This document shows positions 18,504-28,573 of a DNA stretch of 64,000 nucleotides, piece by piece. The stretch comes from Nitrospirota bacterium. Lineage in GTDB: Bacteria > JACPQY01. The translations under genes and the position numbers were made by a program. The number at the start of each line of letters is the position of its first letter. The stretch's first letter is position 1. The notes beneath the pieces were generated by a model, which did no database searches, was not told the origin of the DNA, and saw only the letters and a list, made by a program, of their open reading frames with translations. The stretch lies in the NCBI GenBank assembly GCA_016180645.1, contig JACPAV010000011.1:62001-126000 (forward strand), in the 5' to 3' direction.

Positions 18504-21500
18504 TCAAGGCAAATTGATCACCGGAACGGGGGTGAGGCGGTAGGTGGTGGTGCCGTCACCGAGGACGCCGCTGTTATTGTTTCCCCAGCATTTGGCCGTG
18601 CCGTCGGTTAGAAGGGCGCAGGTGTGAGAGTTTCCTCCGGCCATCGATACGGCACTCGACAAAGACGTGACCGAGACGGGAGTCAAGCGGTTCAGGGTTG
18701 TCCCATCGCCAATCGTTCCGAAACCATTATATCCCCAGCATTTGGCCGTGCCGTCGGAAAGAAGAGCACAAACGTGGCTGCTCCCGCCGGATGCCGCCAC
18801 GGCGCCCGTCAGGGATGTCACAACGATAGGAAGGGAACGGTTGGTCGTTGTTCCGTCGCCCAGTTGGCCGGAACTGTTGTCTCCCCAACATCTCATAGAG
18901 CCGTCCGTGATGAGTGCGCAGGCGTGGCCGTTGCCGCCCGCCGTAATCGCCACGGCGTTCGTAAGCGAGGATACGGTTACGGGGGTGAGGCGCTGAAGCG
19001 TGGTGCCGTCGCCGACCTGACCATAGCTGTTCTTGCCCCAGCATTTTCCGGAGCCATCCGAAAGGAGGGCGCACGTGTGGTAGGAACTGGCGTTGATCGC
19101 GACTGCGTCGCTCAAGCTTGTCACCGTCGTAGGAGGGGCCTTGTCGATCGTGGACCCATCGCCCAGTTGGCCGTTCAAGTTCCAGCCCCAGCACTTGACC
19201 GTTCCGGCCGAAAGGAGGGCACACGCGTGACTCATGCCCAAGGTCATGGTTATGGCGCTACTGAGGGACGAAACAGCCGTGGGGATGGATCGATTTACAG
19301 TTGTTGCGTCTCCGATCTGCTTGGCGGCGTTATCGCCCCAGCATCGTGCCGTCCCGTCCGACCGCAACGCACAACTGAATTCGTAGCCTCCCGTAATCGT
19401 GACTACGCCACTGAGCGTCGAGACTGCGGTGGGCGTGATTCGGGTAACCGTTGATCCATCTCCAAGTTCGCCCTTGCTGTTGTTTCCCCAACATCTTGCC
19501 GTTCCATCCGAAATCACAGCGCAGGTATGAAACCCACCCGCAAAAATACCTTCGCGGAAGGGGCGGGCGGGGGCGCCGGAGGCGGTGCCTTCGTGGAGGC
19601 GGGGGAGCTTGACGCCCATTGGGCCGGCGGGCATGGAGACCGAAACAGGAGTGGTCTTGCTTGCGGTCGTCCCGTCTCCAAGCTGTCCGCTACTATTCAA
19701 TCCCCAGCATTTGACTGTCCCGTTGGAGGCGAGCGCGCAGGTGTGGTCGTTCCCTCCTGTGGCTGCCACCAAATCGCTGAGCGAAGAAACGGTCACCGGG
19801 TTCGTCTTGTTTGTGGTCGTTCCGTCCCCGAGTTGGCCCGAGGCGTTGTACCCCCAGCATTTGAGCGTGCCGTCCGAGAGGAGACCGCACGTATCGTTGC
19901 CTCCTACAATGACGGCCACGGAGTTTGTGAGGGAGGAAACGGCCACAGGGGTTGTCTTGTTTGCAGTCGTTCCGTCTCCGAGTTGGCCCGAGGCGTTGTA
20001 CCCCCAGCACTTGAGCGTGCCGTCCGAGAGGAGAGCGCAGGTGTGACCCCCAACCCCTGGCTCGCCCCCCCCCGCGACCACGACCACACCGGTGAGCGAA
20101 GAAACGGCCACGGGGATCGATTTGCCCACGGTTGTGCCGTCGCCGAGCTGGCCGGTATTATTCTTCCCCCAACACTGCACGGTTCCGTCTGAAATCAACG
20201 CACAGGTGTGAGCGTATCCTGCGCTGATCGCGACCGCTCCGGTGAGCGTGGAAACGGCCACAGGCGTTGTCCTCTGGGTCGAGGTCCCGTCGCCAAGAAC
20301 CCCTTCACTATTGGAACCCCAGCATTTGACCGTTCCATCCGAGCCCACAGCACAGGTGTGATATGTTCCATTGACCGCCACGACGCCGGTGAGACTGGAA
20401 ACAGCTACGGGTGTCGACTTATCCACCGTCGTCCCATCCCCGAGTCTGCCATCGGGGTTGAATCCCCAGCATCTCACCGTTCCATCTGCGAGGAGCACGC
20501 ATGTGTGATACAGCCCACCACCAAGTGCAGCGGCGCTCGTGAGCGTGGAGACGGCTACCGGCGTTGTCTTATTACCCGTTGTCCCGTCCCCCAGCGCACC
20601 TTCAAGGTTACGCCCCCAACACTTGACGGTTCCGTCCGAGGCCAGAACGCAAGTATGAGAATACCCGGCGGAAACAGCATGAGCGAAGCCGGTGGTGGAC
20701 CAAGTGAGGGCGGATTTTTCGACGGTGTTGGTGTCAACGTTCAGCGCTTCGTCTTTGGCGCGGACGACGTAGTAGACTTTTGATCCCTGGGTGAGTGATC
20801 CGTCGCCGTAGGTTGTAGCTCCCGCCGAGGTCGTGAACGTCGGGCTGAAACTTGTTTGACACGTCCCCGCCGTGGCGTTCCGACAGATCTGGTACACGAT
20901 CGCGCCGCTCGCGCTGACGTTGTCCGTCGCCGCCGCCCATGAAAGGTTTACGTTGGTGGCGGATGTCGACGTCGCGGAGGTGAGCCCGCCAAATGTGGGA
21001 GGAGTCGTGTCGGTGTTGATGGTCACGCCGTTGGATGCAACCCAAGCTCCCACGTTTCCCGCATTATCGACCGCTCGAACGCAGTTGTAGTAGGTTACGC
21101 TGTTTGTGAGGCTCAAGCCCGTCGAGTTCTTGGACGTGACGTTGCCTATGTTGGCCGTGGCCACCGTGTTCCCCGTGCAGCTCGTTGCCGTGCTGATATT
21201 GTAGTCGTAGCCGGCGATCCCGCTGTTGGAGTCGTTGAATCCGCTCCAATTCGCGTCCATGACCGTGGCGGAGGTTTGAATGGCAATGTCCGCCCCCGTG
21301 CCGTCGTTGACCGTTCCACCGGTCGGGAGAGTCGTTTCAACCTTGGCGGTATTGGCTGAGGAATAAGGTACGGAGTTGCCCACGTTGTCCGTCACAACGT
21401 ACTGGTACTGATAGCAATTGCCGTCGGCGACGCCGGTATCGTTCTGTGGCGACGCGCCGGGGTCGGTGGCAATCGTCGAGAATGCGCCGTATGCCCCACA

Positions 21501-24500
21501 CACGCCTCCTGCAAGCGTCGCCGATTTGCGTTGTAGGAGACGCTGGGCGATCGCCGAGCCGGCGTCCGTGCCGTTGGCAAATGTGACCGACACGCTCGCC
21601 GCGGTATAGTACCCGTCCGTGATGCTCACGGAGCCGCCGGTCGGCACGGCTGCATCGCACGTTCGGGAAACTCCGGCGCCTGTCCCTGTGTTGCCCGCGG
21701 AATCGGTAATACGAATATTCAGCGTGAGGCTCGCGCCATCCGCACACGTGGTTCCCGTCGTCGAGCATGTTCCAACGGAGAATGTGGCTGCCGTCCATTC
21801 GGTGTCGCACGTCCCGTCCGTCGACTTGCAGTACTGGCAACTGGAAATGGTGCCCGCATCCGTGCCGGTCGCCGAGAGGTCGAACGTGCCGTCCACGTGC
21901 GTGGCGGTGGCGGCATTGGCGGGTGTGACCGCACCGACGGAGGGCGCGCCGATATCGTTCGTCTTGGTGGTGGCTCCACTCTGCGTCCCAGACGCATTTG
22001 TCTGGGTGATGTAGACCGTTCCGTAGAGATTATTCCCAATCGAGAGCGCGGTGAAACTTCCGTCGGCCGCGGCCGTGCCGGAGATGATGAGTGATGTGAG
22101 AAGGCCGTCCGCCCAGATCTTAACGGTCGCCGCGTTCCCCACGGTCGCCGCGTTCCCCGACACCGTGTCGTTCGTCCCCGGCACATTCTGATTGACTGTG
22201 ATTTTCGTCCCGTCCGGGGCGGTGGGTATGGTCGTGTCGATTACCCATGTGTAGGCCGTCGGGGTGGACACGTTGCCGGCGCCGTCCCTCGCGCGGACTT
22301 TGAATGTGTGTGAACCATTCGCAAGCGAAGTGTAGGATTTGGACGAGACGCACGAGGAGAATCCGCCGACGTCCAGCTCACACTCAAATGAGGCCGCAGG
22401 ATCCAGGGAAGTAAATCCAAAAGAGGCGCTTGCGACGGTACTGGGGTCCGGCGGTTTCGAGGTGACGCTGATTCCCGGCGGGGTCCGATCTACAGTCCAG
22501 ACATATACGGCTGGAGTCGGGTCCAGGTTATCCGCAAGGTCTTTGGCTCTAACCTTCAAGGTATGCGAACCTTCCGCGAGATCGCGGTAGTTTTGGGAGC
22601 AGTAATCAGGATAAATAGTACCCGATCTATACGTCTCGGTGTGGTTCGTGCAGCGTGAATAGCCTTGCCCGTCGATCTCGCACTCAAAGCCAGGGTTGTA
22701 GTTCCCACAGAATAGGCTATCAGTCTGCGCATCTGAGGAGGCAAAAATGAACGACACCGAATTCGAGTTCGTGAGGGCTAGGGGACCGGAATTGACACTC
22801 GTGTCGGGCACCGTAAGGTCCACTTTCCACGTATAGGTTCGCGGTGGGCCCACGTTTCCAGCAAGGTCCCTTATTCTCACCTTGAAAGTGTGCTGCCCTT
22901 CCGACAGGCCGGCATAAAGAGGCGACGAGCCGAGCGTCTGGTATTCTTGGGGTATGTAGGTTGTGCAGGGCGAGAATCCTCCTCCATCCAACTCGCATTC
23001 GTAGGTATCGAACTCGGCCACCATCCATCTTACTGAGGTGTCAAACCTAAGCGTGGCCGAGGAGGAATTGGAATAGCTGAATACGTTCGCCGGGCCGTAT
23101 ATAATTGTGAAGTAATCCGCGGGCGGAGGCGTTAGGTCTACGACCCAACCGATCGTATTAATATTGAATTGGCTGAATGCCACCGAATTGGAATCAAGTG
23201 GTTGCGTGCCGCTCTTGAAGACGCGCCAGGAGCTCCTGTTGCCCGCGATATCCTGAGCTTGCACCACCAGAGAATGCCTTCCCTCGCTTAGACCACTGTA
23301 GGATTTCTGGGCCAGTGCTACACCGTTCTGGATCGAAGAAGTGCCGCACAAGGTAGCTTGGCCATCATCCAAGGAACAATAGAAAAAGAGGTCAAGCCCG
23401 TCGGGAGCACCAGGATCCATAGCCGAGAATGCCGCCACAAATGTTGTCACATTGGTGTATATGTCATAGGTCGAACTCGTCCCGAAGCTGTCGGTGCTCG
23501 TGTATGTGATCCTTTCGGGTGGTACCGAACGAAATATCTTCGGCATCGGCGGTGTTGCGTCGCCCATATTGCTGAAGAACTCGTACCGTGCCGGAGAGCG
23601 GTCGGCCAATCCGGCAGGCGATATGGCTGCGACAACCAACGTGCGCCGGCCGTACTGCGATGGCTCCAGCGCAAGGGCAAAGGGATTCGGGCATGCGGCC
23701 GGAGTTGCGCTGTCCAGGGCGCACGTGTAGGTGCAATTCGGAATGACAACGGTTTCGGTCTCACCTTGCACGGTCTCTCCCGGCCGGACGCACTTGAATG
23801 AAAAAGAGGCTGGAGAGGCGCTCATAACGCACAGTCCGGTTCCGGAAACGGATTGACACTCCGCGGCAACCGTGGTTTCCGGTGAGTAGGCGTGAGGTAC
23901 TTTCGTAGAGATCTCGTCGATCTTCGTGGTGGACGGGTCCACCCCTGCCTTCCGGAGGTCACGTATGGTTTGTGTAAACAAATCTTTCTGCATTGATTCG
24001 TAGGTAACCCGGACCTGCTCTTGCGATGGTTTTCCCTCGGGATTCCCGGCAACCGAGGCCGCTTCCCCGAGTGCGACCTTCTTGTTCTCGAGTTTGGCGG
24101 TTCTCAGTTGTACGGCCACTTCCGTGAGCGTCGCCATCCCGTCGCCATCCCGGTCGGGCAACACGACCTCGTGCTTGGCGATCGCCTTGGGCTTGACGGA
24201 AATGGCGGCCTTTTCGGCTGTGGCCTTCGTCGCCTTCGAGCTCAAGACCCTAGTGGCGTCGACCGTGGATTTCGGGCAATCAAAGGGGCAATTGTTGGAT
24301 TTTTCCGGTGGAGTCTTGCCGCTGTCGCAGACGCCATCGCCGCACGTGAAGCAGTCGGCGGGACAGACGGTGCTGTTTTCTCCCTTTGTCGTCTCGCACT
24401 TGTTGTTTCCGCACGTGCAGTCCTGGGGACAGGATTGAACCGTTTCGGGGGGGGTTATTCCGCTTTCGCAGACCCGATTGCCGCACGTGTAGCAATCTTG

Positions 24501-25373
24501 AGGGCAACAACTCTTGTTCTCGGGAGGATTCTTGGCTGAACTCTCACAGACGCTATTCCCGCAGGTGGAGTCCCTTGGGGGTGGTGCACTTCCGGGAGCC
24601 GTGGGAGGTCCGAGGCATAAGGCCTGGCCCACTGATCCTGAGCCGCCGTCGGAGACCGACCCTGACTGCCCCGATCCCTCAAAAGCAGCGCTTGTGCTGC
24701 CGGACGCGCTCTCCGCCGAGCCGGAACCACCGCCGGAAAGGCCGATCCCTCCGGCGTTTCCGAGATTGCCCGTGAGCCTGCGTAGCGCCTGCCCGGCGGC
24801 GGGCGCCTCCTCGGACGGCAAGTCCTCTTCAGGCACGGACATCTCCACGCCCACTTCCGTTTCGATGAGCGGAAGATCGGGAATGCTTTCCGGACGAACG
24901 ACCGTCTTGATGCCGTTCTCGCCGTCAAACACGGCGTCGTCGGGAAGGAAAAAGGAAGTTTCGTAGTTGAAAACGATTTCATTGGGATCTTCCTCAACTG
25001 CTTCCGGCGCCGCGCCGCCTTCGCCTCCTTCCTGCCGCCTGAAGGCGCCCCGGACGCCTCCTCTAACGCCGCCGCGAACTCCGCCCCTGATTCCGGACTC
25101 GGATTGACCCCGCACGCCTCCACGAACGCCCCCGCGGACACCCTCAGCGACCAAGGCTCCGTTGACATAGACATCCGCCACAAGATCATCCGCTTCCGAG
25201 ATTCCGCTCAGCGCCGCGGCAACTTCGGGCGATAGGGGAAGCGACACATCCACCGGCACGGAATCCCCGGGAACACGATTCCCAGGAATGTGTTCTACCT
25301 TCCGGTAGCACGAAGAACTCAGGAGTGAAATGACAAGAAGGAAAGACCAACCAAACCGTCTCTTGGGAGTCAT
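18504..25373 (-). CDS. Giant surface lipoprotein: GVRG repeats, 4 Cys-rich repeats, Ig-like/FN3 domains and 14 RCC1/BLIP-II repeats
   Basis: MTPKRR...LSSSC lipobox; CGNxxCE...CPxDC x4; xCxLDG...C...GxH...V.A.D.AGN Ig-like units; 14 HTC..xDGT..CWG.N..GQLGDGT repeats in two groups of 7. Confidence 0.85.
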   Translation of the reverse strand: MTPKRRFGWSFLLVISLLSSSCYRKVEHIPGNRVPGDSVPVDVSLPLSPEVAAALSGISEADDLVADVYVNGALVAEGVRGGVRGGVRGQSESGIRGGVRGGVRGGVRGAFRRQEGGEGGAAPEAVEEDPNEIVFNYETSFFLPDDAVFDGENGIKTVVRPESIPDLPLIETEVGVEMSVPEEDLPSEEAPAAGQALRRLTGNLGNAGGIGLSGGGSGSAESASGSTSAAFEGSGQSGSVSDGGSGSVGQALCLGPPTAPGSAPPPRDSTCGNSVCESSAKNPPENKSCCPQDCYTCGNRVCESGITPPETVQSCPQDCTCGNNKCETTKGENSTVCPADCFTCGDGVCDSGKTPPEKSNNCPFDCPKSTVDATRVLSSKATKATAEKAAISVKPKAIAKHEVVLPDRDGDGMATLTEVAVQLRTAKLENKKVALGEAASVAGNPEGKPSQEQVRVTYESMQKDLFTQTIRDLRKAGVDPSTTKIDEISTKVPHAYSPETTVAAECQSVSGTGLCVMSASPASFSFKCVRPGETVQGETETVVIPNCTYTCALDSATPAACPNPFALALEPSQYGRRTLVVAAISPAGLADRSPARYEFFSNMGDATPPMPKIFRSVPPERITYTSTDSFGTSSTYDIYTNVTTFVAAFSAMDPGAPDGLDLFFYCSLDDGQATLCGTSSIQNGVALAQKSYSGLSEGRHSLVVQAQDIAGNRSSWRVFKSGTQPLDSNSVAFSQFNINTIGWVVDLTPPPADYFTIIYGPANVFSYSNSSSATLRFDTSVRWMVAEFDTYECELDGGGFSPCTTYIPQEYQTLGSSPLYAGLSEGQHTFKVRIRDLAGNVGPPRTYTWKVDLTVPDTSVNSGPLALTNSNSVSFIFASSDAQTDSLFCGNYNPGFECEIDGQGYSRCTNHTETYRSGTIYPDYCSQNYRDLAEGSHTLKVRAKDLADNLDPTPAVYVWTVDRTPPGISVTSKPPDPSTVASASFGFTSLDPAASFECELDVGGFSSCVSSKSYTSLANGSHTFKVRARDGAGNVSTPTAYTWVIDTTIPTAPDGTKITVNQNVPGTNDTVSGNAATVGNAATVKIWADGLLTSLIISGTAAADGSFTALSIGNNLYGTVYITQTNASGTQSGATTKTNDIGAPSVGAVTPANAATATHVDGTFDLSATGTDAGTISSCQYCKSTDGTCDTEWTAATFSVGTCSTTGTTCADGASLTLNIRITDSAGNTGTGAGVSRTCDAAVPTGGSVSITDGYYTAASVSVTFANGTDAGSAIAQRLLQRKSATLAGGVCGAYGAFSTIATDPGASPQNDTGVADGNCYQYQYVVTDNVGNSVPYSSANTAKVETTLPTGGTVNDGTGADIAIQTSATVMDANWSGFNDSNSGIAGYDYNISTATSCTGNTVATANIGNVTSKNSTGLSLTNSVTYYNCVRAVDNAGNVGAWVASNGVTINTDTTPPTFGGLTSATSTSATNVNLSWAAATDNVSASGAIVYQICRNATAGTCQTSFSPTFTTSAGATTYGDGSLTQGSKVYYVVRAKDEALNVDTNTVEKSALTWSTTGFAHAVSAGYSHTCVLASDGTVKCWGRNLEGALGDGTTGNKTTPVAVSTLTSAAALGGGLYHTCVLLADGTVRCWGFNPDGRLGDGTTVDKSTPVAVSSLTGVVAVNGTYHTCAVGSDGTVKCWGSNSEGVLGDGTSTQRTTPVAVSTLTGAVAISAGYAHTCALISDGTVQCWGKNNTGQLGDGTTVGKSIPVAVSSLTGVVVVAGGGEPGVGGHTCALLSDGTLKCWGYNASGQLGDGTTANKTTPVAVSSLTNSVAVIVGGNDTCGLLSDGTLKCWGYNASGQLGDGTTTNKTNPVTVSSLSDLVAATGGNDHTCALASNGTVKCWGLNSSGQLGDGTTASKTTPVSVSMPAGPMGVKLPRLHEGTASGAPARPFREGIFAGGFHTCAVISDGTARCWGNNSKGELGDGSTVTRITPTAVSTLSGVVTITGGYEFSCALRSDGTARCWGDNAAKQIGDATTVNRSIPTAVSSLSSAITMTLGMSHACALLSAGTVKCWGWNLNGQLGDGSTIDKAPPTTVTSLSDAVAINASSYHTCALLSDGSGKCWGKNSYGQVGDGTTLQRLTPVTVSSLTNAVAITAGGNGHACALITDGSMRCWGDNSSGQLGDGTTTNRSLPIVVTSLTGAVAASGGSSHVCALLSDGTAKCWGYNGFGTIGDGTTLNRLTPVSVTSLSSAVSMAGGNSHTCALLTDGTAKCWGNNNSGVLGDGTTTYRLTPVPVINLP

Positions 25374-25440
25374 CGCCTGCCTTGTGGAATCGCCCACACC
25401 CCTTGACATGCTTGTAATCTATTGGATTCTCATTCTGGCG

Positions 25441-25503
25441 TCAAGTGAGACACTTGAGCCGGCGAATAGAATTGTGACGTTCATCACAACTGACTGTATG
25501 TCA
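25441..25503. promoter_or_regulatory. Operator cluster upstream of the giant lipoprotein gene, including a CRP-type box
   Basis: TCAAGTG-AGA-CACTTGA (25441-25457), TGTGA-CGTTCA-TCACA (25473-25488), TGAC-TGTAT-GTCA (25491-25503). Confidence 0.55.
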
Positions 25504-25582
25504 CTTTCTACTGAAGATCGAATCGCGGGGTTCACGGCTGCGGCTGGCCGCGCGGAAAACTTCCTCTCGAAAGCCTGAAGAT

Positions 25583-26230
25583 CTACCGGAGCAGGCGTAG
25601 AAGCTGCATCAGGAACGCGAGGACGAGGACCCAGAACAGCGGGCGCTTCGCGAGGTCCCGCCATGATTTCGGTCGGGCCGCCGCTTCGTCCTCATGGGGC
25701 GACTCGGAAACTGCTTCCTCTTCCGCATCAAGGACCGCGTCCAAGTTGATCTCCGGCATGTGTTCGGCGGTTCCGACCATGAGCCGAACCAGTTCGGGGC
25801 GGATCGCCTTCACCTGATCGGGCCAGTCCAGCGCCAGCCACTGCACTCCGGGAAGAGTCGTCAGCGTCCACACAGCTTCGATCTGTCCCTGGGTGGCCGA
25901 AAAATCCTTCTTGGCCGGCATGGTGAAGTAGAGGTGCACCTCGCGGCCGGCACCCCCATTCTCCAGCATGGCCCGAACTTCCTCGGCCGCTTCTTTCCCG
26001 GTCCGCCATTTCAATGCCCATTCGAAAACGTGGCAACGGCCCGTCGCGGAATCGAGGATCGCCAGATTGGGGGTGACCCGACGGCCGAGGGCCTTCGATG
26101 CCTTCACTCCAAGCTCGCGTGCGTGAGCAGGGTCCCAGGACGGTTGCTTGATGGGGAGCCTTCTCTTCACCCCAAGCGACGTCAAGTGGTTCAGAATGAT
26201 GTTCTTCGAGTCGGTCGAATCGAATGACAT
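25583..26230 (-). CDS. Hypothetical protein with C-terminal membrane anchor
   Basis: ATG with GAGG RBS, plausible composition, C-terminal hydrophobic helix KRPLFWVLVLAFLMQLL. Confidence 0.65.
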   Translation of the reverse strand: MSFDSTDSKNIILNHLTSLGVKRRLPIKQPSWDPAHARELGVKASKALGRRVTPNLAILDSATGRCHVFEWALKWRTGKEAAEEVRAMLENGGAGREVHLYFTMPAKKDFSATQGQIEAVWTLTTLPGVQWLALDWPDQVKAIRPELVRLMVGTAEHMPEINLDAVLDAEEEAVSESPHEDEAAARPKSWRDLAKRPLFWVLVLAFLMQLLRLLR

Positions 26231-26307
26231 TCAGCCTCTAGGTGGAGGATCGCCTAGTCCCTCAATCTCTGCAAGGCCGGCGGATGGAAGGTTCCCTGCC
26301 CGGCGCC

Positions 26308-27771
26308 CTATCGCGCGGACTCATTGACAATCGACAGGCTCACCCTGTCTCCCTTTCTTGAGCGGATGGAGATCCGCGCCGAGTCCGAGCTCCAATCGAA
26401 GCTTTTTCCACCTGCGTCGACGATCGGCGACCACGAAGCCGGAACACGCACCACCGTCTCGCCCCCACCGTCATCCTCAACTTTCATGTCAAACCGTCGA
26501 GATGGCGAATCGTACGACAGGTGGACGATCGGTCCAGCCGATGCCGCCGGGTACGGCCTTTCGATCATCCGCCGTGCCCAAGCCCCAGCGGTGCCGTCAC
26601 GTAGCGAAATGAAGTCCTCGGGAATGCTCGAGTAGTTCCAAATCGACCACCCGGCCTTATATTCATCGAACAGCGCGAGCATCTGCTCCAGGAATTCTCC
26701 CCCACGCGCCGTTTCATAGTCCGCCGTCCACACACCGCTCCACTCTCCGACCCACAGCGGCACACCCAGCCGATTCGATTCGGTGACCAGCGCCGCGACG
26801 CCGCGCCGCAAGCGGGCCGTGTCACCGTCGTAGGCCGTCTTCGCCGTGACGACAGGATCATAGAAATGCGGGGCGAACATGAATCCGGGGCCTCCCGGCG
26901 GTTCCATCGCCGTGGGGAAACCGTCGGCACCCAGCACGTTCGTCCGCATCGCGTTCGGCTCAAAGAAGACGATTCCTTCGGGGTCCTCCGCGTGAATCGC
27001 TTCGGCCAGAGCGGCCGTGAACGGCTGAAAGAATTGCCGGTCGAATCTTGAAAGATCGAGAAACAAGGATCCCGGGAACGGTTCATTCATGAGGTCGTAT
27101 CCGATCACGTTGGAATGATGTTTGGCCCGTTGGACAACCCCGCGCCAGGCTTCCCGGTACCGATCCTGAATTCCCTCCGTGTTCCTCCAGAAGTTGTCGA
27201 AGGCACGCTGCACCGCCGGTTGGGCATAGTTCAGATACCATTCGGAGGAAGGCGAATACGCCAGACCCTCGTCCAGGATCGCCCATTCCGGCGCGCCGTC
27301 GCCGCCGAACCGTCGGGCATACACATCCTGGTGCATGTCGACGATGACGTACAACCCGGCCTGGTCCGCCCAGTCGATGAGCTGCTCCAGTCGATCGAGG
27401 TAGGCCGTGTCGTATTCGCCGCGGCGGGGTTCCACCGCCTCCCAGACGATGAGCAGCCGAACGGAATTCATGCCCCAGCCAGAGATTTCCCGGAAGGTTG
27501 CAGGCGAAAGCCATGAGGGGAAGAACGATCCGGACGAATCCGGCCTCTTATGCTCGTCGCTGAGATTGATTCCCCTCAGAAGAATGACGCGGTCGTCCCG
27601 ATCGCGGAGCCATGGACCGTCCGTAACGTATCGATTGGATCGGGGTGAGACATCCTCGCAAGAGCATAGGAACGCAAGGACAACGGCCAGCCGGAAAATG
27701 TTCGTCGAAGATGGAGACGGGGCGCTTTGAGCGGCCGGAGAAACGGAAGTCGGGGCTACCGCCCTTTCCAC
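26308..27771 (-). CDS. Glycoside hydrolase family 5, endoglycoceramidase-like lipoprotein
   Basis: LLRGINL, VIVDMHQD, GDGAPEW, YDLMNEP (acid/base), VGEW (nucleophile), RPYP; lipobox FLCSC; start inferred (GTG overlapping upstream gene end). Confidence 0.85.
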   Translation of the reverse strand: MERAVAPTSVSPAAQSAPSPSSTNIFRLAVVLAFLCSCEDVSPRSNRYVTDGPWLRDRDDRVILLRGINLSDEHKRPDSSGSFFPSWLSPATFREISGWGMNSVRLLIVWEAVEPRRGEYDTAYLDRLEQLIDWADQAGLYVIVDMHQDVYARRFGGDGAPEWAILDEGLAYSPSSEWYLNYAQPAVQRAFDNFWRNTEGIQDRYREAWRGVVQRAKHHSNVIGYDLMNEPFPGSLFLDLSRFDRQFFQPFTAALAEAIHAEDPEGIVFFEPNAMRTNVLGADGFPTAMEPPGGPGFMFAPHFYDPVVTAKTAYDGDTARLRRGVAALVTESNRLGVPLWVGEWSGVWTADYETARGGEFLEQMLALFDEYKAGWSIWNYSSIPEDFISLRDGTAGAWARRMIERPYPAASAGPIVHLSYDSPSRRFDMKVEDDGGGETVVRVPASWSPIVDAGGKSFDWSSDSARISIRSRKGDRVSLSIVNESAR

Positions 27772-28541
27772 TGCGGTGGACGTTTCTGGAAAAACGCCAT
27801 GACGCCTTCGATCATGTCTTCCGTCAGTCCATTCACGGTGAGCACACCATTCAGATACTCGAGCGCCTCGGAAAGATGCATTTCGCTCATTGTGTAGAAC
27901 GCGCGGCGGCCAAGCCGGAGGATCGCCGGACTTTTGCTCTTCAATTTCCCGGTGAGTTCGTTCACCGCCTGGTCCAATTCCGCTTTTGGAACGACCCGAT
28001 TGATCAGCCCGATGCGGTGGGCTTCCTGGGCGTTGATGCGGTCGCCCGTCAACAGCAACTCGAGGCAGGCTTTTCGAGGAACGTTCCGGGCAATCGTTGC
28101 CATGATCACGTAAGGAAACAGGCCGATATTGATCTCCGGGGTTCCAAACTCCGCCGTATCGGCCGCGATGATCAGATCGCATCCCAGCATGAGTCCGAGG
28201 CCGCCGGCCAGGGCGTGACCATTGACACGCCCCACAATCGGTTTCCCCAGTCCGGCCATCACGCGGAAGAGGTCCGCGAACTGCCGGCTGCCCTCGAAGC
28301 GCGCCAAAGGACCCGTGTCCTCCGCCTGGGCGCCCCCGCCCATGAGGTCGGCCCCCGCGCAGAAGGCCTTGTCGCCCGCTCCGGTCAGGACGACGACAAT
28401 CGTGGCCTGATCCTGGTCGGCCTCCCGAAACGCCAGGTGGAGATCCTTGATGACCTGCGGGGAGATGGAGTTTCGTTTTTCCGGACGGTTGATCGTGAGG
28501 GTACGAACGCCGTCCGCCTGCGAAACGAGTAGCGTCTCCAA
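27756..28541 (-). CDS. Enoyl-CoA hydratase/isomerase
   Basis: AFCAGADL, NGHALAGG, FGTPEINIG crotonase motifs. Confidence 0.92.
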   Translation of the reverse strand: METLLVSQADGVRTLTINRPEKRNSISPQVIKDLHLAFREADQDQATIVVVLTGAGDKAFCAGADLMGGGAQAEDTGPLARFEGSRQFADLFRVMAGLGKPIVGRVNGHALAGGLGLMLGCDLIIAADTAEFGTPEINIGLFPYVIMATIARNVPRKACLELLLTGDRINAQEAHRIGLINRVVPKAELDQAVNELTGKLKSKSPAILRLGRRAFYTMSEMHLSEALEYLNGVLTVNGLTEDMIEGVMAFFQKRPPQWKGR

Positions 28542-28573
28542 CTTTGCCTTCTCTCAGGCCCGTCCGGTCCGGA

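Noticed and set aside
27772-28182. N-terminal extension of the GH5 ORF as listed in the ORF track (also extensions 2155-2451, 6416-6706, 11296-11472, 15396-15644, 30866-31042, 44578-44760)
   Set aside because: These overlap neighbouring genuine genes in other frames; downstream starts with an RBS, signal peptide or stop-start coupling fit better
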